The notes beneath the pieces are model-generated. The model had not been told where the DNA came from and made no database searches. It saw only the letters and a list, made by a program, of their open reading frames with translations. A stretch of DNA of 64,000 nt from a virus: the IMG/VR virus record IMGVR_UViG_3300022902_000007; one strand, given 5' to 3'. This document shows, in pieces, positions 49,090-59,178 of this stretch (positions within the stretch are counted from its first letter, which is position 1; every line of letters begins with the position of its first letter). Position numbers and translations under genes: made by a program.

Positions 49090-50133
49090 CTATAATGCTA
49101 TTGGATTGTTGCTGGAGTCGTAACAGATTTTACGGAACGAACAATTTTTGCACCAAAAATCTCCCAGATCAGGAAGTTTGTTGATCCGCTTCTTGCCTTC
49201 TTTCTTCTGTTCGAGTCTTTTCTCTACTCGCTTCGAGATGGTCTTGTTGAGCTCACCTCTCTCATATTTCTTTTCTACCTGTTCTTCTGTGTAGGTATGG
49301 TCATAATCTCTACCCGGAACGTTACCTGAGTCCAAGCTGTTCAGCACATAAGTGAACTGAGAGAAGATATTCTCCATCGAGATCTTGGACTTCACTTCAC
49401 CCGGAGTGTTCGGAGCGAGTCCAGAATAATGGATGAAGTGCTCTCCGCTTTCGTCTTGCTTGACATCAATTTCGTATTCAGCGAACTTACCAGTGTCTCT
49501 GGAGCCATAGCAGAGCCTCGTGTTCTCGAAGCCCTCTTGTTTCTTGCCTACCTGGAAGTCATAGAAGGCGACCTGCATGAGGTTGCTCTCACGAGGTGTT
49601 CCCAGCAGCCCTCTACGCCTTTCTGATTCAGTTCCGAGGACGATACCTCCGTTGAATCCATAGACGCTTTTGTATTCCACACAGGAATTCAGGATGGTAG
49701 TGGGATTGAGTACGACTTCATCAATCTTTCCAGACAGGGTCCAGCCATGTGGACTCACATAGAAGGCGGGTACCTGAGAGGCTACGTGCACGCCACTGAG
49801 AGTGGCCTGTCTTACGCAGTACTCTTCATACAGCTCGCCCTGAATCCATATCCATCTCAGATACTTGTCAGGCGGGACATAGTCAGTCTGGATTCTGTCG
49901 ATCAAGGGCTGGAAGTGTTTATACTTCTCTGGATAGAAATCGAAGCAGTCATACAGGTAGCGAAGGAATATTTGTCTACGGCATTTCCCGATGGCTACTT
50001 CTTCTCCATAGTCGTTTGTAATGACAGCAGAAGACTCGGAGGGCCAGAAATTAGGAGGCTTCTTGTCCCCTAACCGAGGCCGCTCCAAGCTATTTGTCAA
50101 GTGCTCAAGGAGAGACCACTTACTCATCGTCAT
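49090..50133 (-). CDS. Cas4-like PD-(D/E)XK exonuclease with Fe-S cysteines
   Basis: PS......KC.RQ, G...E, SGKID...VEYKS, Q...Y and C-terminal C..C.....C. Confidence 0.75.
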   Translation of the reverse strand: MTMSKWSLLEHLTNSLERPRLGDKKPPNFWPSESSAVITNDYGEEVAIGKCRRQIFLRYLYDCFDFYPEKYKHFQPLIDRIQTDYVPPDKYLRWIWIQGELYEEYCVRQATLSGVHVASQVPAFYVSPHGWTLSGKIDEVVLNPTTILNSCVEYKSVYGFNGGIVLGTESERRRGLLGTPRESNLMQVAFYDFQVGKKQEGFENTRLCYGSRDTGKFAEYEIDVKQDESGEHFIHYSGLAPNTPGEVKSKISMENIFSQFTYVLNSLDSGNVPGRDYDHTYTEEQVEKKYERGELNKTISKRVEKRLEQKKEGKKRINKLPDLGDFWCKNCSFRKICYDSSNNPIAL

Positions 50134-50437
50134 CTAACCGAATGATGGGAGTCGCCACGTCTTCCATCTCTTGCTTGGCTTCATCCAGTATCTGTTTGGT
50201 CTCCGAATGGACTTCCTTGATACGGCTTTGGGCGAATTCAGCGAACTCTTCGTCGCTGAATTGAATTCCATTTTCCTTCAGCTTGTTCACAGTGAACTCC
50301 ATGATCAGTCCCATGTGGGTGATCTGGTTTCCCTGGATCTGTATTCTCTGCATCATGGCATTGAATGCCTGAATGATGTCTTCGTCTGTGAGAGTTGGAC
50401 GAGTAGGTCGGCCCTGCGCGTCTAAAATCTTGCTCAT
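50120..50437 (-). CDS. hypothetical helical protein
   Basis: ATGA-coupled ORF. Confidence 0.55.
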   Translation of the reverse strand: MSKILDAQGRPTRPTLTDEDIIQAFNAMMQRIQIQGNQITHMGLIMEFTVNKLKENGIQFSDEEFAEFAQSRIKEVHSETKQILDEAKQEMEDVATPIIRLDDDE

Positions 50438-51525
50438 AGTATTTCCTTCTTGGGCGGGAGGTGCGATCCGAGATAGGTCAGGTAGCTGCTATTGAAGCAT
50501 GTGTTACCCTCTGCATCCTGATAAATCACGGCGAATCCTGCCACGCTATGCTTGTGTCTGATATTTGGTTTGTGTTGATAAGGCAGCCTGGTACACATTG
50601 CACCCTGTTCCATCAGGAGCTTGCCACCATTGATACCCTTGTACTGTCTGTGTGTGTGTGCACATATGATAGAATCGAAGTCTTCTGATCCGTAACGATC
50701 CTGGAAGTAGAGGCGCATTGCTTCAGCAGTGCCTCCAGGAATTCTTCCAACGAACTTGAGCGGGTGACAAAAGATCGTCTTGCCGATTTTCACATACCAG
50801 GAGTCAAACTTTTGGTAGTGGACATTGTTGAAGTCGTGGAGTTCAACGATGTCTCCGAAGTCATCCAGCTCTTCGCCATTGGCAATCCGAGCCAAGAGGT
50901 CTGGCCTGAAGATTTGTGAAGCCTTCTCTGGAAAGTCAGTGCGTTTCAAGGCACCGGCTGGTCTGTAGTCATGATTTCCATGAGTGAGGATAACCTGTGG
51001 AAAAGTCTCAGAGCACTCCTTGACAAGATTGAATACCTGTCTGTATTCCTTCAAGGCTGCAATCCGTTTGGCGGGGCCGAAAGACGAGAAGATCTCTCCA
51101 TCGAACAAGTCGCCATTCAAGACTACTATGTCAGCGTCGCTATGTACCTGAAGAGCTGCTTCCAGGTCTCTTACTCTACAAAATGGAAAGTGAGTATCAG
51201 ATACACAGAGGATTTTTCTTGAAGGCTCGTTGTCGAGGATGCCCACACTCAGCTCAGAGATCGAGTCGGTGAACTCATCAGAGATATCCTGAATCTCTTG
51301 CCAGCGGTCATCATAGACACTCAGGGCTTCATGAGCAGAAGTCTCTTCTGTAATATTATCCCTCTGACACTTTTTTCTGATTGCTTCTGGGGTACGGGCG
51401 TTTCTGAAACCAGGCAGCCGTTTGCCGACCATGCGCTCGAACTGTACAGCTATTTCATTATATGTATTGGTTGAGCGAAGCATCCGCAGCATGGCTTCTT
51501 CTTCGGCAGTCCATTGATATGACAT
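50434..51525 (-). CDS. calcineurin-like metallophosphoesterase with N-terminal HTH/Myb-like domain
   Basis: SDTH, GDLFD, GNHD and AHTH motifs; N-terminal WTAEEE.ML...R.PEAIRKK. Confidence 0.85.
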   Translation of the reverse strand: MSYQWTAEEEAMLRMLRSTNTYNEIAVQFERMVGKRLPGFRNARTPEAIRKKCQRDNITEETSAHEALSVYDDRWQEIQDISDEFTDSISELSVGILDNEPSRKILCVSDTHFPFCRVRDLEAALQVHSDADIVVLNGDLFDGEIFSSFGPAKRIAALKEYRQVFNLVKECSETFPQVILTHGNHDYRPAGALKRTDFPEKASQIFRPDLLARIANGEELDDFGDIVELHDFNNVHYQKFDSWYVKIGKTIFCHPLKFVGRIPGGTAEAMRLYFQDRYGSEDFDSIICAHTHRQYKGINGGKLLMEQGAMCTRLPYQHKPNIRHKHSVAGFAVIYQDAEGNTCFNSSYLTYLGSHLPPKKEIL

Positions 51526-51534
51526 TTGGTCTCC

Positions 51535-51747
51535 TTATAAAAGAGAATAGTCGATGTAAGTTTTTACCTCTTCAACGAGGTGACTCGTAGGCAGGTGCTC
51601 ATGCACTGAGCTCTCTGACCACTCGATATATGGAGTGGCTCTTATTGCTCTGATGTGCGTCGATATCAGTCTCCAGTCCTGTTTGTTGAAGCCTCTGAGC
51701 CACCATCTGGCTCGTAGCTTGAGTCGTTCTTTAAGTGATAGTTTCAT
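51535..51747 (-). CDS. hypothetical protein
   Basis: ATGA-coupled to dnaE-C. Confidence 0.5.
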   Translation of the reverse strand: MKLSLKERLKLRARWWLRGFNKQDWRLISTHIRAIRATPYIEWSESSVHEHLPTSHLVEEVKTYIDYSLL

Positions 51748-54700
51748 TCAATCTTGTCTACCTCGCATATCATTATTCTTTTTGCTTTGAGTTTAACTGG
51801 GTCGCTTTCTTGATCTACGATGCCCTCGATATAGGCCAGTCTGTTTTCTTCGAGCTTTTCTTTGTCCGTGTCAGCCCAGATACTGCTGAATAGTACCACC
51901 TCTGCAGCTCCGGTGTCATCGTCTACTCCCAAGAACGCCATCTTCTTGCCCCTGCTGGTAGTGATCTCCTTGATTGACGAGATTGCTACACAGACTCTGA
52001 CTCGTTGACCGAGCCATACGTCATTCAGCTTGTGGCATTCAGAGCCTATGGACTTGGACGGGTGGTTGTCAATGAAGCAGCCGATGTAGTGTCCTTGGGC
52101 GATGATTTCTGGAAGAGTAAGTCTAACATTTCGGGCTCTTTCTATCTCAGGCTTTTCAGGCATTGCCCTTTCTCTGAGGGCGGGGAGTCGCCGAAGCTTC
52201 ATCTCTTCATATGGCAGTAGGTCTTCTTCGACCTTGTCGATCTCAAGCTGAATCTCAACGCTGTTTGGGTCCTTCTTGAGTTTCCGTTCGAGTTTCTTCA
52301 GTTCTTTGCGTAGTAGGTCTCTCTCTTCTATGAGTATTGTTTTCTCTGCATTCTCTTCATCTCTCTGTTTTTTCTCTACAAGGCGTTCTTCGTATTCTGG
52401 AACGCCCTTTACGTAGTCATATAGAGCTGTCGTATTATGATAAAGAGATAGTCTGTTGTAGCCGAGATTGTCGAAGCAACCGGCCAAGACCAGCGACTGG
52501 AACTTACCAGTATTGAACTTTGATAGATTTATCCTGTTCAGCAGATCATATACGTTTTGGAACGGAGTCTTTTGACGTGCTCGGATAATCATCTTTGCAG
52601 CGCCAACGCCGATTCCTCGAATGGCATTGAATCCAAAATAGATTTCATCATCCCGAATCAAGAAGTCATAGTGAGACTTGTTGATTGATGGTGGGCGAAT
52701 GGAAATATCCATCAGCTTTGCTTCTCGGATATAGTCAGGAGCCTTTGCTGCCCAGTCTTTTGGCTGCAACGTCTTGGAACGGATCGTCATCAAGGCGCAA
52801 AAGAACTCAATAGGATAGTGTCCTTTTAGATATGCCAGGATGTAAGACAGGTACGAGTACGGAATGGCATGCCCAAGCGCGAATAAATATGAGCTACACC
52901 CGAGGATGGCTTCCCATAGGTAATTCACTTGCTCTTGTGTCAGGCCCCCGTTCTCTATTGCATCTTTCTTGAACTTTGGTTCCAGTTTTTCCAGGTCTTT
53001 CTTTTTCTTTTTCAGTTTTGTTATCCCATGGGCTTTTTATCCCATGGTTCTATGAGTTTGATTCCTCATAGCTCAGCATATGTTTTCACCCTCGACTGTA
53101 ACGTTAGGGTGCCCCGGCCTCGTGGAAGGATTATATTCTCCGAAGAGTTTCATCTTCTATGCGTTGCCCCTGGCTTGATTGTTATATCAAACCTTCGGTT
53201 CAAGTTCCCATCTCAGGGTCCTTGCTTAATTCCGGGATACTCTCTCCACAGTTTCCTGTAGAGACGGGCATAAACAATCAGTTTTTCTTTTTAAATACAG
53301 TGTTGCGTCCTTATATATATGAGACAAAGCAATATCAAGTGCAGCTTTGGATGTGATCCAAAGTCGTGGTGTATACTTGTCATATGTATAGATAGACATA
53401 TTTTTGTAGGGACTCCTATCAATTCAAACCACTGATAGAGATCATCAAGAATTGGAGCGCTACTAGTAATTTGCAAAGCCGTCTTTCTTATGTGACCATC
53501 ACCATCAATGAATCCTCTGATAAAATGATGGACATATTCTTGACTTATAGAGGGCATAGAAAAACTCCATGTCTTCTTTGGGACTATTCCATAGCATCCG
53601 TTCGACGCCTGTTTGGGACTTTCCTATTATTTTTGCAATTTGTACTGTATTTAAATTTTCATCAACATGCAATTCTATGATTCTGTTGACTATTTCTTCT
53701 GAATATCGTCTACCTATACCTTCTCCGAATGGATGAATAGTGTGATGATATCAGAATATGATTGTATTTTAAAGTTCACCCACTGCTTTTCGCGCCAGAT
53801 CAGTCTGTACCAAGTCCCAGCCACAAGTTTCGTTGAACAACTGCATCAGGTTTTCCTGATACACCATTACTCCACGAGTCTTCTGCCACAATTCGAGATC
53901 TCTCACGTCTTGAGGGATCAGGGCATCCGGTTCATTGTCACAATATTGTTCGTCCATGTGTGCTTTGCGTGGACCTGGACGAATCAGTCCAGTAACGTCT
54001 GAGATCTCTTGGATACTGCTTGGCTGAATACGCTTGATTAGTTCCCAGGTTACTCCCGAGGTCTCAAGCTGGAAGATACCAGACAACAAGCCGAGGTTGA
54101 TGATTCGATATGCCTTTTCATCGTAGTCTTCGATCTTGTATATGTCTATTTCTTTTCCGTGTCTTTCTTTAATTAGTCTGAGACATTCCGAGATGACATC
54201 CAGGTTGTCAATGACCAGAAGATCCACTTTCAGAACACCATTTTCTTCTACATCTCCCATATCGAGCTGGGTCACCCAGGTCTTTTTCTTTTTTGTCTTC
54301 CCCTTCTTGTCGAGCTCTTTGACCTCTTTCAGAGCGACGGGACACCATTCTGATATCGGATAGTCTGTGAAGACCACGCCTGCTGCGTGGATGGATGATG
54401 TACTGGACATGTCCTCGAACACCTGGGCAAGCTCGTACAGCTCTTTGTATTTTTGTTCGGTGGCTATTGCTGGAGCTGCTTCGATGACTTGTTCGAGAGT
54501 TGGCTCCTTCCCGGCATCAGGCCGAGGAATCATTTTGAGCAGTTCAGCGGTCCATGTGTCAGATTTTTCTCTGATAGAGCAGTATCTTCTTACAATCGAG
54601 CGCGGTTTGAAGGTTCCATAGGTACCAATTTGGGCGGTGTTTTCCCTTCCCCGATGCTCAATGAGCCAGTCGATCAGTTCCATTCGTCTAAGTGGAGAGA

Positions 54701-54968
54701 TGTCCAGGTCCACGTCTGGAGGACTTCCGTCTATCATGTCTCCCCTCGCTTTCTCAAAGTCAAACTGATCACTTAGCTCGGTGATATACAGAATGATGCT
54801 GTTGTGAGGATTATCGAGCTTGCCTTCATACTCTCTTTTGTTCTTTAATAGTCTCAGTACGAGATTGAGGTCTTCGCCAGAAATCTTCTCTTCTTCGAAC
54901 TCCAGAAAGTCTGGGTCAGTTTGCTCGATTCTCTCGCCTTTGTAGAACCTCTTCAATTCTTCAATCAT
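51744..54968 (-). CDS. dnaE: DNA polymerase III alpha, C-terminal catalytic gene, spliced (exons 54968-53778 and 53012-51744; 819 aa)
   Basis: PPDVDLD, HAAGVV, KVDLL, GIFQLE, IRPGP, GVMVYQE, RKAVG|KK, YLK.HYP.EF, PPSINKS, AIRGIG (HhH) and C-terminal OB fold GKKMAF...DDTG. Confidence 0.92.
53013..53777 (-). mobile_element. group I intron (765 nt) in dnaE, with a decayed homing endonuclease in L1
   Basis: Removal joins ..RKAVG to KKKKKDLEKL.. in frame. 5' exon ends in U, intron ends in G. IGS GCCCGU pairs with exon GUGGGU; P2 CUCUACAG-GAAA-CUGUGGAG; P3 CCCGG/CCGGG; P7 GCAUA/UAUGC; P9 hairpins CUAUGAG/CUCAUAG and CCAUGGG/CCCAUGG. Confidence 0.85.
53226..53717 (-). pseudogene. LAGLIDADG homing endonuclease remnant
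   Basis: HTH-like fragment (IGRRYSEEIVNRIIELH...IAKIIGKSQTGVERML); then in another frame GIVPKKT...HFIRGFIDGDG; then a frameshift at an A-run before IYKDATLYLKRK. The region is AT-rich. Confidence 0.8.
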
Positions 54969-54989
54969 TAATTTCCTCTCAGGTTAAAC

Positions 54990-55391
54990 ATGGCTGCTAC
55001 TTATTATAAGGTCTTATCTTCGATTCCTTCTCTCGAAAGATCAGCAGAAATTACTGCTATTGTTCAGGGTGATCAGATAAATATCAAGGATGACATCCTG
55101 GGCCGTCCGGCCCGAGGGTTCAAGATCATACCAGATGACAGTACGGATTCTATTACTTATAGACTCAACAATCGTATCGAGATAGTCAAGAAAGGTCCCT
55201 TTCACGGGACTGTAAAGTCTGGTGCTTTTGAAAGCACTGAGGTATGGCAAACTGGCTATGGTGTTCCACAATATACTGAAACAGGGGCAGCTGTCTATGA
55301 GTCTGTAGAGGGCTTGCAGATCTCTTCCATTGAGTTTCCAACTATTGTTTTTGGTGCCGGCGGTGTAGCAATCACAATGATCGTGTGGTAG
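54990..55391 (+). CDS. hypothetical protein, probably virion-associated
   Basis: First gene of the inverted + strand cassette. Confidence 0.55.
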   Translation: MAATYYKVLSSIPSLERSAEITAIVQGDQINIKDDILGRPARGFKIIPDDSTDSITYRLNNRIEIVKKGPFHGTVKSGAFESTEVWQTGYGVPQYTETGAAVYESVEGLQISSIEFPTIVFGAGGVAITMIVW

Positions 55392-55398
55392 GTGAAAA

Positions 55399-56142
55399 AT
55401 GGCAGGACCTACTAAAGTTCAAGTCACCGCTGATAGCGTTGGGTTGGCTGGAGCACTTGTACCCCAGGGGGCTATCGCTGCAGCAGATGATTTCCCTACT
55501 TCTGACGAAGTCCAGACAGGCTGGTGGTATACTTGCTCGGCCAATGTGACCGACAATGATGTTACCAAAACCAATACAGGTCTCTCATTCAGGATGTATG
55601 ACGAGCTCGCCTGGAACGGTAGTACTTGGGTCAACTACGGCAAGACGAGATATGCGTCAGACATAACAGCTAACACTTCTCACAGTGGTGGAGACGGCTC
55701 GGACCATGCTGATGTGGGGACAAATACTGCTCACCTCTCAGACACTGGCAATCCTCACTCTGTTTCTGAGGCAGATGTCTCTTCAGAGCGCATGATCAGA
55801 GACGCTATCGTAGTGGCTGGCAATGACACTGTGCGAACTCGTCTCTCCTTTGACAAGGCTGTCCGGATATCGAGTATAGCTGTCATGTGCGTCACCGTAG
55901 CAACAGTCGGTACATACACTCTTGAAGCGAAACGTACATCTGATGTTCAGAATTTGCTTAGTGCAGCCAGCTATGACCTTACAGGGCTTGTCGCTGGGAC
56001 ATGGACTGAGATAACTCTCAATGGCACCCCGGCTAATCTTGAACTTGCAGCAAATGCTGACATGTATGTTGATTTTATTTCAAACAACGCGGGGCTCGAT
56101 GCTGCCGGTGTCTATCTGCGTGTAACTGCTACGGTTGTCTAA
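55399..56142 (+). CDS. fibre/decoration-like virion protein
   Basis: G..Y.......G..F...D...WNGSTW module and TAHLSDTGNPHSVS fibre repeat. Confidence 0.6.
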   Translation: MAGPTKVQVTADSVGLAGALVPQGAIAAADDFPTSDEVQTGWWYTCSANVTDNDVTKTNTGLSFRMYDELAWNGSTWVNYGKTRYASDITANTSHSGGDGSDHADVGTNTAHLSDTGNPHSVSEADVSSERMIRDAIVVAGNDTVRTRLSFDKAVRISSIAVMCVTVATVGTYTLEAKRTSDVQNLLSAASYDLTGLVAGTWTEITLNGTPANLELAANADMYVDFISNNAGLDAAGVYLRVTATVV

Positions 56143-57170
56143 TGGCTATTATAGAACTTGGTGATGCAGGCGGGTCTGACGTCATTTGGACCATGAGTGC
56201 CAACCTCGAACAAGACGATTACACTACAGTCAGTACTACACTACAGGCTGATGGAGCTGATACCGCTCCAGATTCTTGGGCACTGGCCAAGCCGACAGGC
56301 TCTGCTTCAGTTGTTGTTGGCGCTGGTCACACTGTTACTTTTGTTCCAGACTCGCCTGGAGTATATACTCTTGCTGCCAATGTCGGCACTGAGGTAGTCG
56401 TTCGAGTGGTCAAGATTGGAATCGAGATTGAAGGTGGTGCATGGGCGGAAGTCCTCGTTGACATGGACCTCCCCACCATAGGTGGGCTTGGGACTGTCGT
56501 CTTGGACGATAGCGGAGACGCTGACTATACTGTAGGCGGAATCACTCTACACTGTTCAACTCAAACAGCGGCAGATACTTTTGAATGCAATCCCAATGGT
56601 ATCGAAGTCACCAAGACCGGCAGCCAGGGGAAGGTCCGTATCACTTTGGGGATCACTGATGATTTTGATGTTGACCCAGAGGACATAGTCTATTTCATAG
56701 TAGAAGCTGATCCGGATACTTCGAGTGGTGCGAATGATCTAATACGCGTAGTTACTCCCACCGGTGAAGAAGTTGCCTCTGGGGCTAACTCTTTGGGATG
56801 GATTGAGGCTCACCATGCTGATGGGGCTGGCGATTGGGACATCTATGATCAGCCTGGTAGCATCGGAGTTGGTGCCAAAGCTGCCGACCTGGTTGGCGCC
56901 ACTCCAGCCAGGCTTCGATTTGTATTCAAAGTAGATAGATGTACTGGCACTGCACGTCTTGATACTACTGATAGTGCGGTAGCTCGGCCATCTGATGTGA
57001 CACTGAGAACTGCTTTTGAAGTTACTCAGGGTACTAACCACGTATATGGCGCTCCCCCGACGCTTTATGACTTCCAGTCAAATAGTTATCATGGTCTCAT
57101 CTATATCAATGTGGAAGACACATTGTATATCACTCGCATTGCGCTTTGGCGGATAAGACCCACGGCATAG
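56142..57170 (+). CDS. beta-rich virion protein (PKD-like N-terminus, lectin-like C-terminus)
   Basis: W.L..P.GS........TF.PD.PG.YTL (PKD-like); Gly/Thr/Asp-rich. Confidence 0.55.
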   Translation: MAIIELGDAGGSDVIWTMSANLEQDDYTTVSTTLQADGADTAPDSWALAKPTGSASVVVGAGHTVTFVPDSPGVYTLAANVGTEVVVRVVKIGIEIEGGAWAEVLVDMDLPTIGGLGTVVLDDSGDADYTVGGITLHCSTQTAADTFECNPNGIEVTKTGSQGKVRITLGITDDFDVDPEDIVYFIVEADPDTSSGANDLIRVVTPTGEEVASGANSLGWIEAHHADGAGDWDIYDQPGSIGVGAKAADLVGATPARLRFVFKVDRCTGTARLDTTDSAVARPSDVTLRTAFEVTQGTNHVYGAPPTLYDFQSNSYHGLIYINVEDTLYITRIALWRIRPTA

Positions 57171-57392
57171 CTACAAGCCACGGACCATTTTCTCAAGAGG
57201 CCCCATGTGGGCCTCACTGTTTATCAGCTTCTTGTATAGCTTGATGAATTCATCTGTATAGCTTTTGATATCGTCTGTTACATGAGCAGTCATCATGAAC
57301 CCGAGTGCCGCTTTGTAATCAGTCTTGGAGCACTTGATACCAGTCTTTCTGCGGAAGTAGTCATGGCTATATCTAAATTGTTCAGGTCTCAT
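57171..57392 (-). CDS. hypothetical protein
   Basis: ATGA-coupled to dnaE-N. Confidence 0.5.
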   Translation of the reverse strand: MRPEQFRYSHDYFRRKTGIKCSKTDYKAALGFMMTAHVTDDIKSYTDEFIKLYKKLINSEAHMGPLEKMVRGL

Positions 57393-58705
57393 TTTAGTTT
57401 CTCCTTCATCTGTCGTGTAAAGATTAGTGGGATGGCACTACGGCCGAAGTTCAGGAAGCGTTCGAAGTATAGTCCGTATTTGATTGGATCAATTTGAGTG
57501 ATGCCTGTGGCCCAACAGACAAGAGAACCTGAGCTCGAACCCCGGCCCGGACCCACGATGATCGATCTTTTATTTGCTTCTTCAATGATCTGGGCTACTA
57601 TGAGAATGTAGTCAGATACGTTCATCTTCTTCATGATATGAAGCTCGTAGTCGAGTCTGCGTCTGTACTCCACCGGCGGTATTTCTCCATTGAAGCGGTC
57701 CATTAGGCCATGTTTCGCTTGAATCTCAAGCCAGTTCCAAGCAGTCTCATCCTTCGGGAGATCCGTGTAGGACGGCAGTCTGTTCATCCTGTCTTCATAG
57801 TAACTGTCTGAGTCAACCATGCCTGCAATCAGAACTGTATTTTCGATGGCCTCGTATGGGATGGCAGTATTCTGACAATGCTTCCACATCCAATCATGGG
57901 AGGCAAGGTGGCAATCGAGTCCTCTAAAACTGAATCTCTTCTCAGAGCTTACTGGAGAATTTGTTTGAATGCACAGCGCCATATCGTGGAGTTTTTGATG
58001 GCTTCGTTTTGCATAGTGAACGTCGTTGGTAATGATCAGCGGAAGCCCTGTGTCTCCTGCGATTTCTATCAGTGCTGCATTCACAATGAGTTGCTCAGTT
58101 GAGTAGAGCTCACCGTTAATTTCAGTGATGTCTTCTCTGCCAGCCCATGTGTAGTTTCCAATTTCCAATTCAATCATGAATCTATTTGAGAATATTTCTG
58201 CATATTCTTCAATCAGTTTCTTTGCTCTTGGGATTTCGCCCGCGAGGATGAGCTGGGAGGGCTTGGAGCCCAGGCAGGCGGACGAGGCACAGAGCCCATC
58301 AGCATGGTCAGCAAGCATTCCATTATCTAAACGTGGCTTGTGGTACATACCCTCTGTCCAAGCACGAGAACTGAGTTTGTTCAGATTCTTTAGGCCAGTG
58401 TTGTCGAGGGCTATTAGCAAGAGGTGATAGTGAAGCTTTCCAAGTTCATCTTTTTCTTTGACTGTTGCTCCATTCGGAGCCCAGTATGCTTCGAGGCCGA
58501 GGATCGGTTTAACGCCCTCCTCGTTACAGGCCTTGAAGAACTTGTAGTTGCCTGCTACCGAGCCGTGGTCTGTTATTGCGATAGCAGTTTGGCCTCGGCT
58601 TTTGGCGATCTTTGGTAAGTCTTTTATCTTGTTGATGCCATCCAAGAGACTCATCTCGCTATGAGCATGCAGGTGGACGAAATTACTGTTCATCTTTCCA
58701 TCCAT
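57389..58705 (-). CDS. dnaE: DNA polymerase III alpha, N-terminal gene (PHP domain plus start of palm)
   Basis: FVHLHAHS..S.LDG, AITDHG, KPILG.E.Y, SACL.S, TNDVHY and GPGRGS..GSLV....GIT.IDP.KYGL.FERFLN; ends before the catalytic aspartates. Confidence 0.92.
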   Translation of the reverse strand: MDGKMNSNFVHLHAHSEMSLLDGINKIKDLPKIAKSRGQTAIAITDHGSVAGNYKFFKACNEEGVKPILGLEAYWAPNGATVKEKDELGKLHYHLLLIALDNTGLKNLNKLSSRAWTEGMYHKPRLDNGMLADHADGLCASSACLGSKPSQLILAGEIPRAKKLIEEYAEIFSNRFMIELEIGNYTWAGREDITEINGELYSTEQLIVNAALIEIAGDTGLPLIITNDVHYAKRSHQKLHDMALCIQTNSPVSSEKRFSFRGLDCHLASHDWMWKHCQNTAIPYEAIENTVLIAGMVDSDSYYEDRMNRLPSYTDLPKDETAWNWLEIQAKHGLMDRFNGEIPPVEYRRRLDYELHIMKKMNVSDYILIVAQIIEEANKRSIIVGPGRGSSSGSLVCWATGITQIDPIKYGLYFERFLNFGRSAIPLIFTRQMKEKLK

Positions 58706-59178
58706 ATGGCTTTTCTATGAACAGTTTTGCGACATAAAACGATTCGTAATATCCCTCATCGAATATCTCTACACAGAGGTGACATCCAGGGTACTGTTTA
58801 CATAATTGTTTGAAATATTCAATTCCATTGCCGTCCAAAGTTAGGCTGTCAGGTTGTATCTCTATCCGCTTCATAATAATCTCCTTCGATCAGCCATTCG
58901 GAGCTCGACAAGATAGGTGAGACCAGGCACTTCTTACAAGAATACCCTCGGTAGGATACTCCCCAGGGGCTGCTGAAGACGCCTGCTGGAATATTCAGAC
59001 AGTCAGAGCAGTAGACATACCCACAGTCTCGACATGGCCCTTGATCGGTCACTAGTTCGTAAGTGTCATCTTCATGTCTGGTCTGTATTAGCTTTCCGCA
59101 TTCAGCGCAGAACAGCTCTTCTTTAATCTTCTTCTTCATCAGTGGTTTCCGTTTCTTCCAGTATTGTGAGATCGCCAA
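58683..59178 (-). CDS. two small hypothetical genes (58683-58874; 58849-59178, zinc-finger-like)
   Basis: The second has CAEC, CRDC..CSDC and CKKC. Confidence 0.5.

Noticed and set aside
51744-58705. Inteins or split inteins in DnaE
   Set aside because: No C/S-start block A or HN-C/S/T terminal motif at any junction. The LAGLIDADG relic lies in an RNA intron, not in frame with DnaE.
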